From the IMG/VR virus record IMGVR_UViG_3300037067_027626: a stretch of DNA of 53,123 nt. One strand, 5' to 3'. Both the position numbers and the translations under genes were made by a program. The notes under the pieces were generated by a model. The model was not told where the DNA came from. It made no database searches and was given only the letters and a program-made list of their open reading frames with translations. The DNA comes from a virus. Its lineage: Duplodnaviria > Heunggongvirae > Uroviricota > Caudoviricetes. Positions 48,926 to 53,123 of the stretch are shown here, piece by piece (within the stretch, counting starts at the first letter, position 1; each line of letters starts with the position of its first letter).

Positions 48926-49102
48926 TTAATTTTCGTTAACTATTTTCCATTCGTTACCAATGCGTTTATTAACTTCTTTTAATACATCTGTTTCGGTTAA
49001 ACCTGTAAATATTTTCCCATTATACTTTGCTTGGTTTTCTTTTTCTTCAAATATACGGTCTATAATGTCACTTAGTTCCTTTTGTGTTATGAGTTTTGTC
49101 AT
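48926..49102 (-). CDS. Hypothetical protein (58 aa, absent from track)
   Basis: Manual translation MTKLITQKELSDIIDRIFEE...; GTAGGTG RBS-like sequence upstream. Confidence 0.45.
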   Translation of the reverse strand: MTKLITQKELSDIIDRIFEEKENQAKYNGKIFTGLTETDVLKEVNKRIGNEWKIVNEN

Positions 49103-49494
49103 AATTCACCTACTTCCTTTTATGTCTTATACTATTTAAAGTTTTCTTTTCCAATAAATGTGCAATATAAGATATAGTCTCCATTAATAAAGCAAATGCC
49201 ACTACATAGATAGCCACTTGATACCACTCAAAATATAATGAAGCAAAGCCCCCAATCAAAACCCAGTAACCGATAGCCCTTGTATTATGTTCGATAGTTG
49301 CTAGTTTAAATCCTACTTTATAACGTATCTTGGTGTTTATTTTTTCTCCAATTCATTTAATCGTTTAAGAGCCTTTATGGTTTCTTCTACTATAACACTG
49401 ATACTCTCATTCATTAAGAAGCCGTGTTGCTGTTGTGCGGATTCATAGAACCTTATTAGATTAATAACAGAAAATTTCTCATTACTCATATTAT

Positions 49495-49677
49495 CTACTT
49501 CTTCTCGGTGGTTTTATATTTAGGATGAAGGCAGATAGATATTATAAATGGTATCCATCCACTTAAAAAGGCAAACCATAACCAATGTAAACTTCTATTC
49601 TTTCTTTTTAATTTGTTCCCTGCTATAGAAGCAAGTATTATCGTCATAACTATTACCCAAATATAAGTTCCAGTCAT
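49495..49677 (-). CDS. Small 2-TM membrane protein (superinfection-immunity-like pattern)
   Basis: IAGNK.KRKNRS..WLW.AFL.GWIPFII pattern; GAGG RBS. Confidence 0.55.
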   Translation of the reverse strand: MTGTYIWVIVMTIILASIAGNKLKRKNRSLHWLWFAFLSGWIPFIISICLHPKYKTTEKK

Positions 49678-49682
49678 TTTAT

Positions 49683-49913
49683 CTATTCCTCTGTTAATTC
49701 AATATCCTTTTTTATTTCACTAATCGGTTTACCTTGATATTGTCTTTGGTGTCCACACATCCAACAAGAACAGCGTACTCTTGTTTTTCGTGCGATACCT
49801 ATATGGCGATTATCCAAGTTGACATACTTATCATATTGTTTGGTACGTTTTAAGAAGTTTAAAGCTCTACTGTTCGCCTGTTGAAGCCTTATGCCTATCA
49901 TTATCCACTCCAT
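49683..49913 (-). CDS. Small phage-type Cys protein
   Basis: RKTRVRCSCWMCGHQR motif. Confidence 0.6.
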   Translation of the reverse strand: MEWIMIGIRLQQANSRALNFLKRTKQYDKYVNLDNRHIGIARKTRVRCSCWMCGHQRQYQGKPISEIKKDIELTEE

Positions 49914-50015
49914 ATCATTTAGGGGCTGGTGTGCATAGTGCAGAGCCTTATTAACATTATCACACCATTAAGTTTATTCAACTCACCCCATATTTTATTC
50001 GATCCTCATTAAAAA

Positions 50016-50246
50016 TTAACTAGAGCAATAAGTATATTTCTCAAAATTAGGATAAGTAAGAGGGAATTTCTGATATTTAAGGCGTTTCATAATTTCAAAC
50101 CTTGCCTCAATTAATATATCTCTCTTTTTGGGATGCCAATTATCATGTTCGGTATTTTCATCAGATAGACAGAGCAATAAATAAAGGATTTGGTTATGCC
50201 CTTCGTTAATGACTAATTCCCTTTCCTGTGTTTCTGTGAGTCTCAT
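50016..50246 (-). CDS. Hypothetical protein
   Basis: AAGGAG RBS. Confidence 0.55.
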   Translation of the reverse strand: MRLTETQERELVINEGHNQILYLLLCLSDENTEHDNWHPKKRDILIEARFEIMKRLKYQKFPLTYPNFEKYTYCSS

Positions 50247-50283
50247 TTTATTTACTCCTTATTATCTTATATAACTTATAATA

Positions 50284-50634
50284 TTACACTTCTACTGTTT
50301 CGTTGTTATCGTTATTATCATCATCTTGATGTTTTATTTGGTACATTAAATTATCAAAGGTATGATGCTTAATAGATTTACTAACTAGACGTAGGCGTTC
50401 ATTCTTCATCTCATCATCAGTTAATTTATTAGAGTTATGTAATAATGATGGGCAAAGTTTATGTTTTTTAACTAAACCATGATTAAATTCAAAAGAGTCA
50501 GGTATTAATAAACAAAAAGTAGCGGGTGTATTTTCGCTGTCCATAAGTAATGGGCATGAATAAGTATAAGCTCTACAATATTCACCAGCAGGAACATAGA
50601 CTTTAATAGCTACTTTTTTAGAGGGTCGTGGCAT
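50284..50634 (-). CDS. Cys-containing hypothetical protein
   Basis: GEYC....SCPLL....FCLL....CPS; GAGGAG RBS. Confidence 0.55.
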   Translation of the reverse strand: MPRPSKKVAIKVYVPAGEYCRAYTYSCPLLMDSENTPATFCLLIPDSFEFNHGLVKKHKLCPSLLHNSNKLTDDEMKNERLRLVSKSIKHHTFDNLMYQIKHQDDDNNDNNETVEV

Positions 50635-50640
50635 TTCTGT

Positions 50641-50799
50641 TTACTCCTCTTGGTCATCATCCCATTCTACTCCACCGCATTTTGGACAAACTAGAGGTTT
50701 TGGTTCATGGGGTATATAAGCCCAAATTGTAGGCTTCCATACTAATACATAACCACATTTAGAACATGTGAGTTTAGACTCTTTTATGTCATCAATCAT
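50641..50799 (-). CDS. Zinc-ribbon protein (52 aa, absent from track)
   Basis: MIDDIKESKLTCSKCG...VCPKCGGVEWD. Confidence 0.65.
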   Translation of the reverse strand: MIDDIKESKLTCSKCGYVLVWKPTIWAYIPHEPKPLVCPKCGGVEWDDDQEE

Positions 50800-50804
50800 T
50801 TTAT

Positions 50805-51374
50805 TTAATCCTTAATTATTCTTCTTGCTAGTGATAATGGACAATCCTCTTCGTGTTTAATACCATTGGTGTCTGCTATATTGGAATGACAGCATAAACA
50901 AAGTTCCTTTTCGTTGCCATATTTATTATTTAATTCATCAATACAATCATGTAGGAGTTTTATAGTTTCATCGTACTTTTCTGCTAAAAATTCATCTACT
51001 TTATAGTTCCTAGCGTAGGTATCAAGGTTTATAGCAAATAGTACCATCTTGCTAAATAACTCGTTGCATATTTGTGATACCCTTTTCCCTTTATCTCCAG
51101 ACTTTAAATAATAATCCGCCGCTTTAAGTTCTTGCTCATTTAAAGTAATATCATGCGGTAGTCTAATGTGATATTGTTGTGACGCAACATATTGGGCTAC
51201 TTTGCTCATAGAGTCAGCGTTATTACGTAATGCCTTTAATTCATCAGGTATGGCATACTCGGCATCTATTTGCTCTAATAGTTGTCGGACATCTTGGACA
51301 AAATGTTGAGCTTCGTTAACTAATTTTGGCTCATTATAAAAAGGATAGTGAGGTATAACGAAATTCTTATCCAT
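50805..51374 (-). CDS. Helical hypothetical protein with C-terminal Cys/His cluster
   Basis: CLCC...KHEEDCPL. Confidence 0.55.
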   Translation of the reverse strand: MDKNFVIPHYPFYNEPKLVNEAQHFVQDVRQLLEQIDAEYAIPDELKALRNNADSMSKVAQYVASQQYHIRLPHDITLNEQELKAADYYLKSGDKGKRVSQICNELFSKMVLFAINLDTYARNYKVDEFLAEKYDETIKLLHDCIDELNNKYGNEKELCLCCHSNIADTNGIKHEEDCPLSLARRIIKD

Positions 51375-51582
51375 TTATTAAACCCTTATCCGAAAATGCT
51401 TCGATTTTATATTTCTTATCTCGTTCCATTTCTTTACGAACAGCGTTTATCCACCCTATTCCTCTATAATGAGTAAGATGTCTTATTAATTCGCTATCCT
51501 TTGACATACTTTCATAAAGCCATCGTGGTATTGTAATGTCCGTTGAGTTCTTATCTTTAATCTTCTTTGGTAGTACTATCAT
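51367..51582 (-). CDS. Hypothetical protein
   Basis: AAGGAG RBS; overlaps the next start. Confidence 0.55.
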   Translation of the reverse strand: MIVLPKKIKDKNSTDITIPRWLYESMSKDSELIRHLTHYRGIGWINAVRKEMERDKKYKIEAFSDKGLING

Positions 51583-51740
51583 TTAGTTTGCTCCTTATCA
51601 CTATTTCGTTTTTCATTATCCTTACTATTCTTGCAAGCCATATAAACTACTACACCCAAGCCAATGCCACTTATTAGTACAGACAATAAAACTATAGATA
51701 TTGCTTCCCAAATACTACTTACCATTTTATTTACTCCTCC

Positions 51741-52370
51741 TTATGATAAAGAATTAACTAATATTCCTTGGGATTGTCGTGTCCTGTATGGTTCGGATAT
51801 ATATAGTAGGTTTACATTATCATACCTAGAGATAAGTTGTTGGTTTATCCTATCTATATTAACTTGAGAAATTTCCCCATATATCACTATGTAAACATCT
51901 TTATTAAAACTCAGGTATTCTATTACTTGTCCGATTAATCTGTCTATATCGCTTTGTGATGGGTCTAGTTTGCCCTCTATGACCGTATTCTCTAGGTAGA
52001 CATCTATACTGCGATTATATAGATTAGCGTGGTATGTGGCATTGTAGCCCAGTACATTAAGACAAACGCATAATTCTCGGTTTGCCTCATCTTCATCAGT
52101 ATAGTATTTGAATATCTTATCCATTTGTGAAAGAGATTGATAGATATGCTGTTGTAATAGTCGTGACTTAGTATCTTTGAGTTGCCCCAATAATAAATCA
52201 TTACTAATCTGCCACTGGTCTTTATTAAGGGAATGTTGGACTATATTCTTGGTAAGGGTATTTTGTAGACGTTGTATATTTCCCTTAGCAGTATTAAATT
52301 TCCTCATTATATATATAAAAGCAAGGATGAGAAGTGCTGTAATTAGGATTAATATAGTAGTAGCGTTCAT
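51741..52370 (-). CDS. TM-anchored protein with PD-(D/E)xK nuclease-like C-terminal domain
   Basis: N-terminal TM, coiled coil, then EDEANREL...SIDVYL...VIEGKL...RLIGQ..EY. Confidence 0.55.
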   Translation of the reverse strand: MNATTILILITALLILAFIYIMRKFNTAKGNIQRLQNTLTKNIVQHSLNKDQWQISNDLLLGQLKDTKSRLLQQHIYQSLSQMDKIFKYYTDEDEANRELCVCLNVLGYNATYHANLYNRSIDVYLENTVIEGKLDPSQSDIDRLIGQVIEYLSFNKDVYIVIYGEISQVNIDRINQQLISRYDNVNLLYISEPYRTRQSQGILVNSLS

Positions 52371-52400
52371 GCTATTTAACCTCTTTATATTGATTAATTC

Positions 52401-53123
52401 TTACTTAACCCATTCCTTTGTGATATTGAGAAACTGTGAAACTTTTAGCATATCAAGTCTTACACCATCTATGGAACGTACCTTAGACTCTATATCAATC
52501 CATATAGGCGGTAATGCTATCTTAGATATACTACAGAGTTGTTCATTGATATTATCAGGGGAAAGACCACCAGCATAGCCACAATAGCCCTTATATAGGC
52601 TTACCCATTTATCAGGTAATAATCCAGCACCACCAGATGTATCATATAAAGGTACTGCATTAATTTCATGGTTACTAATTTGTTCCAGTAGTTTGTCGTT
52701 TACTCCGTCTAGTTGGAATATGAATTGCTTTATCCCTAATTCGTGAAATCTCTTTAGAATATCTATAAAAGGTTTTATATTTATAGTATGCGTTATTGCA
52801 TGGAAGTTTAGTTGCATACGGTCAAAGTGTTTTAGCATGAGGTTGCGGTCATTATATAAGTCAGTACCACCAATACAGATGTCTCTAACCCAATATCCAC
52901 AAATATGAGCAGATAAAGGAACACGGTAATTAGAACGCCGTTTAATATTAATTAAGTCCTTAATCCATAATTGATTAGGGAAACGAGTTCCGCCTTCATT
53001 ATTGCGAGACATTAAAATTCCCCATTCAGTAAAAGGATATATTTTTGATATATTAACCAAGGAATTAGGGTAACTATTATTATCAGCACCAGTAATAGTA
53101 ACCTTATCTAATAAAGGTATCAT
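52401..53123 (-). CDS. TrpF(PRAI)-like TIM-barrel protein of phage type (start at window edge)
   Basis: VTITGAD, EWGIL, LYDTSGGAG, GYAGGLSPDN, WIDIESKVR parallel the phosphate-binding motifs of TrpF barrels. Confidence 0.65.
   Translation of the reverse strand: MIPLLDKVTITGADNNSYPNSLVNISKIYPFTEWGILMSRNNEGGTRFPNQLWIKDLINIKRRSNYRVPLSAHICGYWVRDICIGGTDLYNDRNLMLKHFDRMQLNFHAITHTINIKPFIDILKRFHELGIKQFIFQLDGVNDKLLEQISNHEINAVPLYDTSGGAGLLPDKWVSLYKGYCGYAGGLSPDNINEQLCSISKIALPPIWIDIESKVRSIDGVRLDMLKVSQFLNITKEWVK

Noticed and set aside
49914-50015. About 100-bp gap with a GGCT-TGCA-TAG-TGCA-AGCC hairpin
   Set aside because: Short imperfect stem with no U-tract, tRNA features or repeat; insufficient support for an RNA call.

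Overview
This is AT-rich, very densely packed DNA read in the standard genetic code, with bacterial sigma70-type promoters (TTGACA-N17-TAnnnT) and AGGAG/GGAGG ribosome-binding sites. No housekeeping genes or hallmark capsid, terminase or polymerase genes are visible, but the many tiny ORFans and the strand organisation (all + to 46659, all - from 46646) point to a large virus or other extrachromosomal element. A Chloroflexota/Dehalococcoidia-like host is my inference from protein styles, not from a search. About 37 kb (2173-38964) is a protein-glycosylation island: precursor synthesis (GlmS, GNA1-type acetyltransferase, HAD mutase, nucleotidyltransferase), rare-sugar pathways (Gmd/Fcl, FnlABC-like, N-formyl amino sugar, split transketolase), several methyltransferases, GT2/GT4/CgeB and GT-C-like transferases, and an intact AglB/STT3 oligosaccharyltransferase. 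It is followed by candidate surface substrates (type IV pilin, membrane-anchored coiled-coil fibre, cohesin-like protein, many 2-TM proteins), a structured intergenic RNA candidate and a minus-strand block of phage-type hypotheticals. The most striking signal involves two unrelated solo tnpB genes, one IS605/IS1341-type and one IS607-type, both with intact catalytic motifs and no tnpA. Each lies directly behind an SDR epimerase gene and is followed, exactly at its guide position, by a second diverged in-frame copy of that gene's 3' end. Each cassette therefore appears to carry a recoded, guide-resistant replacement C-terminus while its guide matches the displaced allele, i.e. an RNA-guided homing / allele-replacement element. 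All family assignments come from motif recognition by eye; no database searches were run.
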